Of a stretch of DNA of 64,000 nucleotides, positions 48,801 to 62,006 are shown piece by piece. The notes under the pieces are model-generated. The model was not told the DNA's origin. It saw only the letters and a list, made by a program, of their open reading frames with translations, and did no database searches. The stretch lies in assembly GCA_002633005.1 (NCBI GenBank), contig NMRA01000420.1, positions 288,070 to 352,069 on the forward strand, written 5' to 3'. This stretch comes from Phoronis australis. Taxonomy: Eukaryota; Animalia; Phoronida. Numbering within the stretch: position 1 is the first letter of the stretch; each line of letters opens with the position of its first letter. The position numbers and the translations under genes are program-made.

Positions 48801-51800
48801 TTAATGCACAGACGTGCCAAGGACACTCACATGCACCTGGGTATAGAGTTCAGTAAAGCTATAGGACCTCGCTAGGACCTCTCTAAAAGCAAGACTTCGA
48901 GAGATAACGCGAGATGTTGCCGAGTATATTCAATGAGAGCAAGTGGTTTTGGCTAGATTTTCTCGCCGCAAAACACCTATTGAACTCTACCCAGTTATAC
49001 AGGGAAAAATATGGTGAAAACAATTTTTGTATCACTTCCTCACGCGTCATTGTAATAACCTTTTACTACACAGGGGGTTCGCCGAGCTTTGTAAGACCTC
49101 ATGCTGGTTTTCCACTTTTAGGGCTTTCTCACATGACCTGGAATGTGTTACGATACAACTGGTAAATAACATTGAGTACGTAATTTTTTATATTACATTG
49201 GCGAATCACAAAGTAGTGCAAGTTAGAAATCCCCACGCCTTACATTTTATCGTCTACAAAACACCAAAACAATACTGAGAAGGTGACAAAGTTATGATTG
49301 ACAAATCAGGTGTCACAACTGTACGTACTCCGAGTCGAAAGGACATGCAAACAACTTTTTAAACGGACTCATCTTCGGCGGCGAATTCTATATCCACGTT
49401 CATTCAAACGGAGACGAGCCCCAACTCAAGAAACGCGGCGAGACTGTCTAGCTGTGCATTTTCAAGGTCAATTCAGTGCTCACGCGCGGGGAAGCCTTGC
49501 TGACCGTTATTTATAAAAAATATGTTTTAATATTACAACTTCAAAGACTATTTATTAGATTCTAACGTGAACATTTGCTACGAAAGCTGAATGCAATTTA
49601 CAATTGTTAAGGTTAAAATAAAACTATCAACAAAAAGTAACTGAATTAATTTACATTGCCCAAGCGTGTTTTTTCAAAAGTTGCGACGTGTGATTGAAAG
49701 TTTTAGACACCTCGATTTGTTTAGCAAAAAATATTGTTTTTACGGTTCATGTGAGAAAACAAATCCTTCACTTGTCTCAGATTTAAGACAAAGGCAAAAC
49801 CTCTCAGAAATTTCGTCAAATCCCGATGTCATAAACCTGAGACTCGCGTAGGATTCTCTATACATTAACGTTACGCAAGTTAGGTTGGCCTGTAATACCA
49901 ACTCTGATCTCGCGGTCGCTGAGGTAGTTTGCGTTCGCTTGTTCAGGTGTGTGTACTTGCTGTCATTAAAACTTTTTGCTACTCCGCCGTTTTTCAAACG
50001 AATCGCATAAGAGCCATATCATTGGAAAGTTCGTTGTCAGTTCTTGATCATTATACTAGAAGCAGACGACATGTAATTTAATTCATAATAATTGTCATTT
50101 CGCATACCTGACTGGTTTAAAAATATTTGTTAATTCTAAAAACCAAGCGAGTAACCAAAATTCGTGTCATGACTATCAAAAATTTCAATGACTCTAATGA
50201 TTTTTACCATTTAACGACAAAGGTTTTACAATATGGATTTCTAACGCTTGATGCGGATAATTTTGTCGGACATTCATCCAAAATTATACATCTTTACATA
50301 GCATAATTAGTTGCACCTCTGGTGCCGTTTGATGCAATTAAATTTTTCAGTAAAAATTCTGAATGCAGTGACATTTACGACAAACTACTCCAAGTATCTC
50401 AGCAAAATTTGCAGATGACAGACAAAAATGGGCAAACATCAATCACGTGACTTTGGAATGTAGGCCTACTGTGGATAGCTCAACACACTGGTTTCAAAAA
50501 AGTTTGGAAATAAAATCTTGTTTTCAAAAACGTAGAAGTTTGGGATCCTGATACAAGTAGTGTATGTTACCCTGTAAACAAGAGACATTGGAACATGTTT
50601 TTACTATAGTTGTGTTAATAAAGAAAGTGGACTCTGGAAATTAACAATATTTATATAAAGAAACAATGTTCTTTTGAACATCTGTTGGATGGTTGTCTCG
50701 GTCAACATTGAAGAACGGAATAAACGGAACAACTGGATTGAAAAGCGGAACTTCAGGATAAAAAGCGATCTAAGCCAAAACGTAATGGTGACATTTTTTG
50801 CTGCAACACAAACAGACGTACTGACATATGTCAATTATATTGAGAATTTAACGTCAAGGTCGCGCTCGATTTGTAACAAAACTAAAAATCAACTTAAGAA
50901 TGAAACTAAAACGGCATAAGAAAGGACAATCGATGTTTTTACAAGTTTACAATTACGCAGTATATTTAGCGAACTCAGTTGAATCCCTGTTTGGGACTGT
51001 TTTATGCACTCTGGCACTGCAGTCTTGTGTAATAAGAATAGACCAGTTAACTTTTTGTTCGCTGTGCGCGCGGGTAAACTATGAACTGAGGTATACGGCC
51101 AGTGCCCAACACTGTAAGAACTTTAACAAAGGTTTCGAGAGTGCTTTCATCTGGAAAGTTTATTTGAAAGTTTTCCGTTCCTTTCAAATGTAGCAAGCTC
51201 CCTCGTCTAGGGTTACACGATTTCATGTACTTTGCCAATGAATGTGGTGAAAAATGACAAAACGTTGAACTCAAAGGAGTTCTTGTGCAATTCGTCAGAA
51301 TACTGTGTCAAACATCTTAACAGAAAATTTTAAACATTATTGGTCATAGCAAATAAACAAAACTTGCAAAATAGGTCAAAATAACAGCGAAATATAGAGT
51401 TTAAAACAACACCACCACCTAGTGATAGAATGTAGAGCTACTTTATATTAAAAATACAAGTAAAAGTGACTCAAGACTTCTGGCTCAATTTTAACTATAC
51501 TCTAACTAGACGCTATGGATGTATTCTCAGGGACTTTGTATATTTGATAAAATGAGATTTAATAATTTTTCAGAAAAATTGTGTGGAGCCAAATTTCTGA
51601 CAGGTGTCTAAAATCAATTTTCATGAAATGGACAACATGAGGACAGATTTCATGTTGATGTTAAAAGCAAGTGGTAACTTTAGGTTTTGAAGCTATTTAA
51701 ACCGAACCAGTATAAGACGGATCATATGATAGTTTGTTAACAAAAGGTAGTGTACGAAAAAGTGTGAATTGCGAGACAACCAGTGGAAAATGCGGTTAGG

Positions 51801-52313
51801 ACAAAAGCGGGCCTCAAATTCTGGATTGCTTTTCGTCGACATTTAACAAAGCTTCTCACCCCATATCATAACCACTGCAGGGCTATAGAAAGGTGGCAGT
51901 TCAATACACATAATTCAACTTCGTCAAACACTGGACGACTCGTCCCCCAAGAATTTCATTTCCAGCCCTAGCCTTTTACGCCCCTTTCCCTCTTCGAAGT
52001 AAAAATAATTTGCAGTCAACAACAACATTTTTAAAACAATTTGTCTGAGGCCCATGAAAATATAAGCAAATATGGAACACAACGTTGCGTTGTTCACTGA
52101 GACATGCAAGAGGTTACAACTGAATATTAATCAACATTTACCAAATTAGTAGAGATTTGTTTTGTACCATTAAATTTCTCATTTTCGGCGGTCAGTTACA
52201 TTCTTCTAATATTTCAGAAGTCTACAAAGATGTAATGGAAATTGCTCGAAAAGTTTGTTTTAGTAACGTTTATGAAGTACAGTATTGACACCTTTCGTTC
52301 ATTCATACAAGTG

Positions 52314-52460
52314 CAGTTCTGTAGTGGGGCGTAGGCGCACGTAGGCGCAGCCAACCACCTTTTGGCTTTTGAACGTAGCGCCTACGCACAGTAAGTTATA
52401 TTCAGTGCTCAAGGTGGCTTTGGGCGCCTACCTACCTCTAATATTACAACTACAGCACTA
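52314..52460. mobile_element. hAT-type MITE, 147 bp
   Basis: 8-bp TSD TACAAGTG on both sides; TIR CAGTTCTGTAGT / ACTACAGCACTA. Confidence 0.75.
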
Positions 52461-53483
52461 TACAAGTGTTCTTATTCATATCAAATTGTGGTCACAGTAT
52501 TTCAGGAATTCAAGCAAAAAGACATTCCTGTAGGTGGTACGAATAGGTCCTCGTTGGGATTGGCTTCGCTGCTTGGCTACTGGAAGCCATTTTTTATCAT
52601 ATACGCGTTGAATCATTCGTGTGCCATACGACCGTGTGATATTGTTTTCTATATTCACTGGTCCCTGACACTAAAACTTCAAAAGGTACTAGGTCAATAT
52701 CGATTAGACGTCGTTAGCCGGTTCGACCATCAAACTTTCCCAAAACAATTTAAAGTAATAAAATTGCAGCAGTATAAATAACATTCAGCATGCAATCGGG
52801 TCCCAAACGTAACATCTGGAGCAAAACTATTAATTACATGTATATGACACTTCTGCCTCAAATATTGTTGATTTTTAACTATTTTCCGGAAATGCACAGT
52901 TACCGATGTTTTTATTTTTGTTATCTCTTTCCAAGTAATAAATCGTTACATTTAAAACTGGTTCTTTTATTACTGAAAACTTGTAACTTAACGCGCAAAT
53001 ACATACTTTTTATTCATCTATTTAAATTTCTTTAAAAGACTGGCTGACCACCTTTAGCGTATACACTGATTTTCACGTTAGCCCAGTCGGAAATAATTTC
53101 ATGAGGTAAAATTCTCAGACTGAGAGCTGTGTTTAAATAGGACCTAATCCACCACGTGAACAGTCTGTGTGAAGTATTTAATAATCTGCCAAAAAAATGA
53201 ACAAACTTAGGCATTCGAAGCGTATGGAATAAATACAAAATTTGGTCTCGGTCGATACGCGGAATAATGTCTCGTAGATACTGCTTCACCTACACCACTC
53301 TTGGTACGTTTTGTGTGTTTATGACCAATCACGAGCAAGAATAGGTCGGAGCCGTCAATCTCTGCAAAGAACTACTCTATTCACTCTTCTGCAGAGATTA
53401 CGCACCCACAAGTGGTCTATTCAGAAAAGGTTTATGGTCACTGACAGCAGCCAATATTCATCAGAATCTCATTTGTATTTCAG

Positions 53484-53582
53484 TGCTCGACTCATTTCCA
53501 ACTTTACACCAAGTTAAGGACGACGCAGATCCTGATTCCGGCATTCTCCAAGACCTTCGACGGGTCAAACGTGCGGAGTCAG
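53484..53582 (+). CDS. Putative phase-1 exon encoding an acidic propeptide ending RRVKRAES
   Basis: Acceptor tttgtatttcag|, donor TCAG|GTAAGA, 99 nt open; paralogous to 61911-62006. Confidence 0.55.
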
Positions 53583-54892
53583 GTAAGACAACATGAGATG
53601 TGTTCTTTTAAAATAGACCCATTGAGAATTTCATACCAATCTTTAGTCGCATTCTCGTTCATGACCACATTGACGCAAATCATTTTCACTTCTACAGACA
53701 CGATCGGGGGGCATAAAATTGGTGGTGTCTTTGGAGTGAATTTCTCCTGAGCTTTCATTCGGCAGAGCGATGATAAGACGTCTATCCTTACTGACAAATT
53801 TAACAAATATTACTGAAGTACGACTTGGAGATCATATTGACACTGACGGTGTCTACCTTACGTCAACTGTAAAAAAGCAGAACACAAATTGTAAAATTCT
53901 TACAAAGATCTCAGGCGTGACTAACGTTTTGAGCGCGTTGATCAAGAAGTCAGAAGGACCGACCACTTCGAGTCTCAGAATCCAGACATGATAAAAAGCT
54001 ATTTATGCCGAGTAGCTTTTTAGCTCCCCTAAGAGGTGTTTGAATGTCAACATGGGGCAATGGCAGCTTTGGGTAAATTTGCCAAAGTAGGACCTTAAAA
54101 TTTCTTTAATAGGTCACGTCAAATATCTGTTAGTGCAGAGAGTCTTGATAAGTCTTAAAGTAAGACAAGGTCGCTATAAGATTTGGAAGAGCGTCATGGG
54201 AATACGAACGTTATGTTTGTGACTTGCCACTAAATCATGTATTCGTGTCGAGCTCTTTTAAAAGAAGTTCTATTTTGGACATTTTCATTTTTAATTGATA
54301 TGAAAAACGTTCGCACGAACCAGTGTTAGCATGCATGAACAGCTAATTGTTTTTTCTTCATCAAAGTTAATTGTACATAAAGTTTTTTTTTGTGCTTGTC
54401 TAAACTTTTTTAGTCCCATAATTACTCAGAAGGCGCGATATTAATAGAACTTTTAAGGGACACGCCAAAGAACTATCCTTTCTATAAATTTAGATGTGAG
54501 CCTTTTGCAGAGTGATTGGCAGGCTGGCTGTCAAAATCTATAGTCTGACTGGCAGGCTGCTTGCTGTCGTAATATGTACAGAAATCTGATTGGCAAGCTG
54601 ATGCCATAACCTGTACTCTGATTGGCAGGCTGTCTGTCATAACATGTTGTCTGCATGTATGCAAAAGAAACCTCGAGGTCAACTTCGTACTAGGCAACAT
54701 GTGAAGAAATAATTGTCTATCGTTGACAGAATGTTATCCAGTTACAAACGTTTATTTTCGATTCCCTGTATGATACACCTGGGTATTAATTCACGTGTTC
54801 TGTAAAAAGATGAAGCGAAGGCGCTGTTTTCACTACACTTTTATGCGCCCACATATATCTATCTGGGCACAATATGTCTTGCGTCCGTTCGT

Positions 54893-55486
54893 TTCGCTGG
54901 TTCCCTGCGTGCCGCAAGGTGGTCAGAGCCAGCACGCAGGTATCACTTAATTTTCCTCGGGAAGTTTTTATTTTACACCGGCGTTTCTGATTGGTTAGTA
55001 GAATTCTCAACAGGCAACGCTTTACGCTAACAAAGTGGAATGATTGATGGACTGAAGTGTAAATATGGTCTGTTGTACAGACAAATCGGTGCTTAAAATT
55101 TATGTTCATAAAATGTGAAGCCTAGAAATTTTTGATCGCGCCTTTTCGGAATGCATCTTTCTACTGTCGATGACTTTTGTTTACGATAGTGTCCTGTATC
55201 CATACAATAGGAATAACACACCGGTTAAATTGGCCAGATATGTGTTTATTGTACATGTACTGTATGTGCTTCAAGCACGCGGCTATTAAACATCACTGCA
55301 GAAACGAAATAGTTGCTGCGACGCCACTTTTATGACAAGATTAAAAATCGTTCACAGTCCACCATTTCTTCACGGTGTTGTAAAGCTAACCAATGACTGC
55401 CAAGGTTACATCGACCAATGCTAAAGCGCGTTCCACTGCGTGATACCTGCGTGCTGGCTGGGCTAAGCACGCAGGGAATCAGCGAG
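54893..55486. mobile_element. 594-bp TIR element with 9-bp TSD and hairpin-containing termini
   Basis: TSD TCCGTTCGT at 54884-92 and 55487-95. Inverted ends of about 50 bp: YTCGCTGRTTCCCTGCGTGC...AGCCAGCACGCAGGTATCAC. Confidence 0.7.
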
Positions 55487-57426
55487 TCCGTTCGTCCGCC
55501 CAGTGGGGAGCAGACACGAACGCGAGGGTGCACGTGTGCAACTTGTTGATTACGGCGGTAGTAGTTAANATTTGGTCAAAAATGACTCATTCCAAACCAA
55601 GAAATTGCCTCATTTTGCCCCCCAGAACACTTCCCTTGTATCTCCTAAACCACCAAACTTTGTGGTGTCATACTTCACCCATTTTCTCTCATCCCTAATG
55701 TGATTTATCAGACTAAACGTGGATCTGAATGGTTGACCCCCCACCTTGCCGCTTGTTGGCTGTACGGTGGTCGGTGGATCCGTGGACTGATACTTAACGA
55801 CCCAAAGAGAGTTTGACTATCTATGGCTGTCTTAGATGTTGTTACTGGTTTCAAATATAGACAATTCAGTGTATTTAAATACATGGCGTAAGGTGTTTTC
55901 AAAACTAAAAAGTCGTCACTTCACGCCTTAACAACCTTTAACCAGGAAAGTAAAGTAATCAATTTGTGGCCATTTAACTTAACTGTTTCAGGTTCAAAAA
56001 CAGCTGGGTATACATCGTCAGATGCACCCAAACACAGGATACCACGTTTCTGGACGTGGTTTTATTCACGTATACCAATAAAAGTAAACAAGAACAAAAA
56101 AGGCACGTATTACTCTTTACATGACGGCGTTTTTCCGCTCAGCGACTTTACCAGACGTAAAGGGTTGTGAGTGTGTGATAACGTCTAGCTTCTTTGTTAA
56201 CTGCCAAGCACAGTCTTTAGTCTGGTATGACAACGGGCAGGCCAATTGTCTACCAGACTTAGACTAGGTATGAACACAGTCAAACCCAGAGCGAATTGTT
56301 ACATTCGGAAAGAATAGCTTGTCGTAACTTCATTTGAAGTTGGGCGATTTTGGCAATTCAAAAACTAAACATGATCATCATTTGACGAGGATTTCAGAAA
56401 TGCTATTTGGTTTATGTTCAAATATGTTATAACTTAACTTTTATTTTTAGCAGCACAGCCCAGTCATGCTAGATAGGATTTTACAGGAGATTAGAGCAAT
56501 TATCAAACAAATGAGAGCTGGCCCTCCAACCATAAATGCCAGAATGGAATTAATCAGTCGTGCATAATATTGGCTACAGGGGTGTTCTTCCCAACTTGTT
56601 GTTGGGCTATAGAATCGAACAACTTGGTATCCACTGAGAAAACGCCGTAATGAGATCTTTGCGAAACTGTTTTCGAGTGGGCTTTTCTTCGATACGAAGA
56701 ACGAGCTCCATGTTATCGTCAGAGTTTCAACTATTTAGCCTATCAGTGAACTTGTGAAGATACCACTGGATCTATTTTAGAAAAGTTGATTGTCTGGTCT
56801 ACTCCTCATGGTGAAGCTCCACGCTTGTGAACAGAGAGGATAGGTTATCACATATTGTTCACTAGTGCGTCAGGGCCTACTCCTTATGGTTGGGCTCGAC
56901 TCTTGTGAACAGAGATGATGTGTTAACATCTTGTTCAATACAGTAATAATTTGGTAGGGCCTACTCTTCAATCAAGCTCTAGCTGCAACGTTTCGGGAAA
57001 CTGAACGAAGAGATTAAAGATGCTGTTTTCATGTCATAAGTTTGTAAACGTGTAAGCTACCCGCTGACACAGCGCCGCCTATATCGAAAAGTTGCCCTGT
57101 GGAAACATCGTGGACGACACACGGAGTTCCGTGTATGGGCATCAATGCGCATGCTTGGTCAGAAGTTTATCGATCACATCGCCACCACTTGCACACGCCT
57201 TCAATGCATTGTACTTGTTTGGGCTTAGCCACGGGATTGGGCTTCCCTTGATATTATTTACTTCGATCACTGCCCGTTTTCATGAATGGGGCTATTCGGA
57301 GAATTCTCCTCGCGGTGTCGCTGCTGTACTAGTGGTGATTGAATTGTGCATGCGTCAGTGTCTGCATGTAAACAGCTGGTAAAAAGACCGATTGTTATCA
57401 AAATACGTCGTCGCGCTAAGCCTTAT

Positions 57427-58950
57427 CATTGCTACTTTCCCTGGTGCAAGTCTTCGACAGGTGGTCACAAATTCCCAAAAGACCTAAGGTTACTACATTC
57501 GTGGAAAATTACGATCAAAAGGGTCAACCAACTGACAAAAAGTGTGTGGATGCCGAAGCCCCATTGGGAGACTACATAACGTTACTTGGTAAGTTTTTAG
57601 CAATCAAGTTTCTATCGACATCGTTCGGCGATGTTATCCCCACCAGTTACCTCACTGAATAACGGGTTTATTGAATGGAACTAAGAGTTTCTTTTCGGAA
57701 ACTCACCCGGGACTCGGATGCCAGGTAGGCTAGCAGCACATATTCACATATTGTCCTTGGTGGGAGTGCGCGTAATATAAGAGGTGTATGGTACGTGACG
57801 CTCAGAAGTCAAGGGTGACTTTTTGACAGCAGTTTCTCTTCAAAGCTATGCTATGTCCAATAAATTTCTCTAGAAGAGTGAGTTTCCTTATTTTATAGCG
57901 GACCCCACCCCCTGGACTACCAGATTAGTATTCAGTAAACGTCGGAACAGTGCATTGGAATAAAAATTGACACCTTGAATGAATTTTACTTGTTGAGGTC
58001 AAAAGTACATTTTAGGTGTCGTGAAAAATACACATTGTTAAATCACTTTTAGCTTTTTTTCACGTATTTTAATTCAGATCTTAAATAAAACTTGGGTACA
58101 AAGATTATTAGTTTCTGCATATAAATATGAAGATGAAACGTCAAGACTATGTTGTGCCTTACAAAAGTAGTTTTGTCTTGTGTTTTCTTTTATAATTTGC
58201 TGATATTTCTCTGACTATTCTGTTACAGGTGAAAGAAAACGACTGAAACCAGCCACCTGACCGTCTATTTTACCTTTGGACAAAGTGAAAAGCAATCCTT
58301 CGCAATAACCTGAGGGAATTGAACCTAATTCAGAAATTCAGCCATTGATATGCCTGATGATGGACTCCGTTGCATGGGAAAATTACAATTGTTTTTAACA
58401 ATGTTGTTTCTTTGTGTGTATGTGGTTGTTCAGTTTGCTATTTTGTTTTCTAAAAAACACTGATAATTATTCATTCTCGAATCTTGTGTAGATGATTCTT
58501 ATTCAGTTAGATACAATTGAAAACATACTTTTCTTGCATGTGGAACTTTTGTTGTTAACACAAAGCTTGAAATTGTTCAAAGCCTTCTTAATTAAGAAAG
58601 CTCTAAAATAATTACACACACAATCAAATCAAATGCAAACAAAGGGAATACTTCATTTTGATCGCTGCACATTTCTAGAGGTCAACAGGAAAATGACAAT
58701 TGGCAAGCGTAATCGGTAATCTTTCCAGCTTTATAAAGAATAAGCACAACTGCACTGTATGGGGCTTTAAAACTGAGGAAATATTGTGGTTTCAATAATT
58801 AGTGACAAACTTTCCTGTTGATGAAAAATTTATTCGATCATCAAAGTGTACCATTAACGGATTTTCTACTGACAATAAGGCAATCGATGCAGTCAATGTA
58901 TGTCATTTCCCCATGTGTACCAAATTGAAAAGTTTTTACCATTAGTATAA
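57427..58950 (+). pseudogene. THAP-domain transposase remnant
   Basis: HCYFPWCKSSTGGHKFPKDLRLLHSWKITIKR (THAP CxxxC..FP..W), donor at 57589, next exon from 58229 GERKRLKPAT*PSI (AVPSIF-like), and a possible ...PLV* C-terminus at 58950. Most of the DDE core is unrecognisable. Confidence 0.65.
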
Positions 58951-59044
58951 AGCCTTTCTTCTGAAAGGAAAAGTTAATGTCACTCAGTGAGAAAGGACAG
59001 GTATTTATACCAGATGCTTTTGGTTTTCATTACACAGGTATCTA

Positions 59045-61039
59045 GTTTCAGTGGCCTAAAGAAGCGCTTGTAAAAAAGGTCCAGTTTCGGCACGTGACTT
59101 TCCTTCATGCAACCTCATTCAGCCCCAATAACACCTACAATTAGATCCTTGAAAGTAAACACATCAGCATACCACTTGACTCGTTTTGTGCCCAAAATCT
59201 GACCCTGAACTTGAGCAGAGTGTCACTAGGCCTTCTTTAGCTTCAATCCCTCATGTTTCTTCCAGGAAAGGAAATAAGCTATTGTCCACACATGAAAAGG
59301 CATCCTCACCAACGAGACTGACTTGTGTAGCAGTCAAATATAGTTCCTCTTCATACACAAACAACCCACTGGCACGTTATCTTATGGTATCTTCGTACGG
59401 CGATTTACATTTCTCCAGGGCCACTGACTAGAACATTGTGCCATGCAGCACTGCTGGTGTGTGGAAATGCTGTGGGAAGAGAAAGGAGAAACTAAGCTTG
59501 TCTATGTTGCGGCTTGAAGTGGCCTTAAAACGTCACTGAACCTGGAACACATATTGAAATATGAATAAATAAGTACTTCAGGTTGGGTCAAAAATACTAC
59601 CCCTGTTTTTCAAAAAATATTATATGGCGACTGCTTTACAATTTCACACAAAATTAAATAATTACTATTTTTAGAAAGCAAGGGTGTATATAATAAGTAC
59701 TCAGTATAAAACTGCGTCATTATTTTTCATTTGTAGCCATAACAGTTATTTACACGCATCACTTGTCTGCAAAATATGCATGTCATTTGAGACAACTTCA
59801 AACCTTTGTTACCCAGTTTCAAGCCCTTTATTTTTGATACTTTCAGCAATTTTAAACTCCGATTACAGATTCATGGGTCAGTCAAGCATACTTCTAGTCT
59901 AAGGCTTTTTATTTTTCTTCTAATAGAAGATATGAAAACTTGGGTCATTTAAAAAATGATGGATAATCTTTCTGTTGTTTAAGAGTAATTACAAATCGTA
60001 AGACACCATCAAAAATGCAATTTTCACAAAAATGGCAGTCTTTTGAATTGATAAACGACTTGCAACATTTTAAGGCATGAGTTAAGACTATTCAGTCACT
60101 CAGAATTCAGAAAATGTAATATATTTTTATGGGTTTACAATTGATAGCAAAACAGTTTCATGAACATAATTTGAAGGAACTTCATGAAAGTTAAGAATTA
60201 CCTCACCATGCTATTTCCCCTAGAAATTATTACATGTTATTTCCACCCATTCAGTTGCACCAAATTTTACAACTCCAAGCCCCTATGCTAATCCCCCGCT
60301 AAGGACCTGAATAAGTAAATTAACAAAACGACTTACTTACCTTTATTTAAAAATAGCTGTTCCTTTTCAAAGGCTTTGTTCGTTGTATCCTATACAGAAA
60401 GCAGGCTTTGACAACAGATCTGCACTGGATGGGAAGATCTTGCTGGTTAGCAGCAGTCATCTGCTAAAAACCAATGTTTGTCCATTCAGGGACGGTGCAG
60501 AAGCTATGCATATCTCCTCTGCACGGTACAAGCCCTCAAACCTGTAAACCAAAGGTCACGTGAAAACAGACATGAAAGATTTCCTGTTCAACGTGTAATA
60601 GATTTCCGGATGATATAGGATAGGGAGTAAACAAATAGTGTCATGCACCTTTGGCTTGGATTGTAATCTTAACTCATCAACCAATATCGAATTAATAGCA
60701 TAAACATTCAGCATTCATTGATGTAACTGTCACTGATAAACCTGTTAGAAATCATTCCAATCAATAATACTGCTTTGATGTACGAAACGATTCCCAGTGC
60801 TACGTCAAGTATCGTAACACATATCACAACAAACAAAGATTAACCCGACTGGCGACTGCCGCGAAGTCGACATCGGCGAGTACCTCAGTTAACAGGCAAC
60901 AGTAGAATAAACATGGAATAATCGTTAAAATAATCACAAACCTTACTTTTGTATCAAGTCGTGCTTACTTCCTCTCATAGAAGCACCCTTTTCACGCAAC
61001 TTCAGATTCAGCTGGCACGGCTACAAGCCATTTCACCAT
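59045..61039 (-). pseudogene. SAP + YqaJ/lambda-exonuclease-like gene remnant
   Basis: 60947-61039 encodes LREKGASMRGSKHDLIQ (SAP-like). 59469-59045 encodes TPAVLHG..*SVA..SGLFV..YL..LVG and QVQGQILGT...VFTFKDL...PKLDLFYKRFF, with stops and frameshifts. Confidence 0.75.
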
Positions 61040-61910
61040 GTATTTAAAGGGATCGCGAAATCGAGGCTGTTAATCTACCACCAGTAGTACACGCGCGTCC
61101 TCTAGTTAATGTAAATTTTCCGAATAGCTTCATTGCACTCAAGTCGAAGGTGGTTGCATTGACTACGAAACAGTAAACTGAAAGGGGTTTCCTAGATTTC
61201 AACCAATGGGAATGCCTGAATCTTATGACGTGAGTTTCATTACTTTAACCAATGAGAAGCCATGATAAACAACATTCCACAGTGCTACCTTTCGTAGCAC
61301 TGTAAAAGAGTGCAACGTGTAAGCAGTAGGCATGCGTAGGACATTTAAAGCATTTTGGAACGCCACCTAGTAGGAACTTTCCCCGAGATCACCAATGTAC
61401 CTTGGTATTCTGCTAATGCTACTGCTAGCTTAGAAGACGGACAAGGGGGTGCTGGGCTGTGTGTGAACGGTCAGATATGATAGAGGGCGAAAGCGGTACC
61501 AAAAATTAACAGGGGTCATTTGAATGACAAGATATGTCATAAGTATTCAAGAGAGTATGGAGAAGTTGTTCAACAGGTGATTTTTTGCTGTGATCAGAGG
61601 GACATAACCTCCATGACGGCGTTTTCCCGTATGTTCTTATGAAATAGGGCGGTGTGAAGTTTTCTGTAATCAATGAAGCAACTCAAATTAAAGTGACCAA
61701 CCATTCATTATGAAACACGTACGCATTCTGATACGACGTTGATGGTTAATTTACATGACAATCATAGTTAACTGAAATTTCTGTTGAGAATGTGGTTGCA
61801 ATAAGTTTGCTTTTACTAACAAAACGATACTAGTTTGACTGCTATGGAAATTGACAACAGTCGAACTACTGTACATTTACAGACTAGACGGACACTTCAT
61901 TTTGTTGCAG

Positions 61911-62006
61911 TGCCTAACCCTCATTCGAAACCACGCCAAGACCGTGCTGCGTTGGAGCTGCGGTCGTATCACCATGACCCTCACCTGGTCAAACGCGCCG
62001 ACTCAG
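61911..62006 (+). CDS. Putative phase-1 exon ending HLVKRADS
   Basis: Acceptor cattttgttgcag|, donor TCAG|GTAAGT, 96 nt open; paralogous to 53484-53582. Confidence 0.55.

Larger units (their letters stand above)
57288..61131 (+). mobile_element. Decayed ISL2EU-type (PIF/Harbinger-related) DNA transposon, 3844 bp
   Basis: Termini GGGGCTATTCGGAGAATT and AATTTTCCGAATAGCTTC, AT TSD at 57286-87 and 61132-33. Convergent remnants of a THAP transposase (+) and a SAP/YqaJ exonuclease (-). Confidence 0.8.
57056..61313. mobile_element. Non-autonomous 9-bp-TSD (Mutator-like) element interrupted by the ISL2EU element
   Basis: TSD AACGTGTAA at 57047-55 and 61314-22. Halves 57056-57287 and 61132-61313 together match 44953-45298 in inverted orientation. 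Confidence 0.65.

Noticed and set aside
54810-54939. MKRRRCFHYT resembles MSRRYCFTYT at 53267
   Set aside because: No similarity beyond 10 residues, and the apparent donor lies within the TIR of the 54893-55486 element.
61374-61469. Further 93-96 nt phase-1 open segments (also 53211-53303) that could join the precursor model
   Set aside because: Weak splice sites and no mutual similarity; such segments arise easily by chance.
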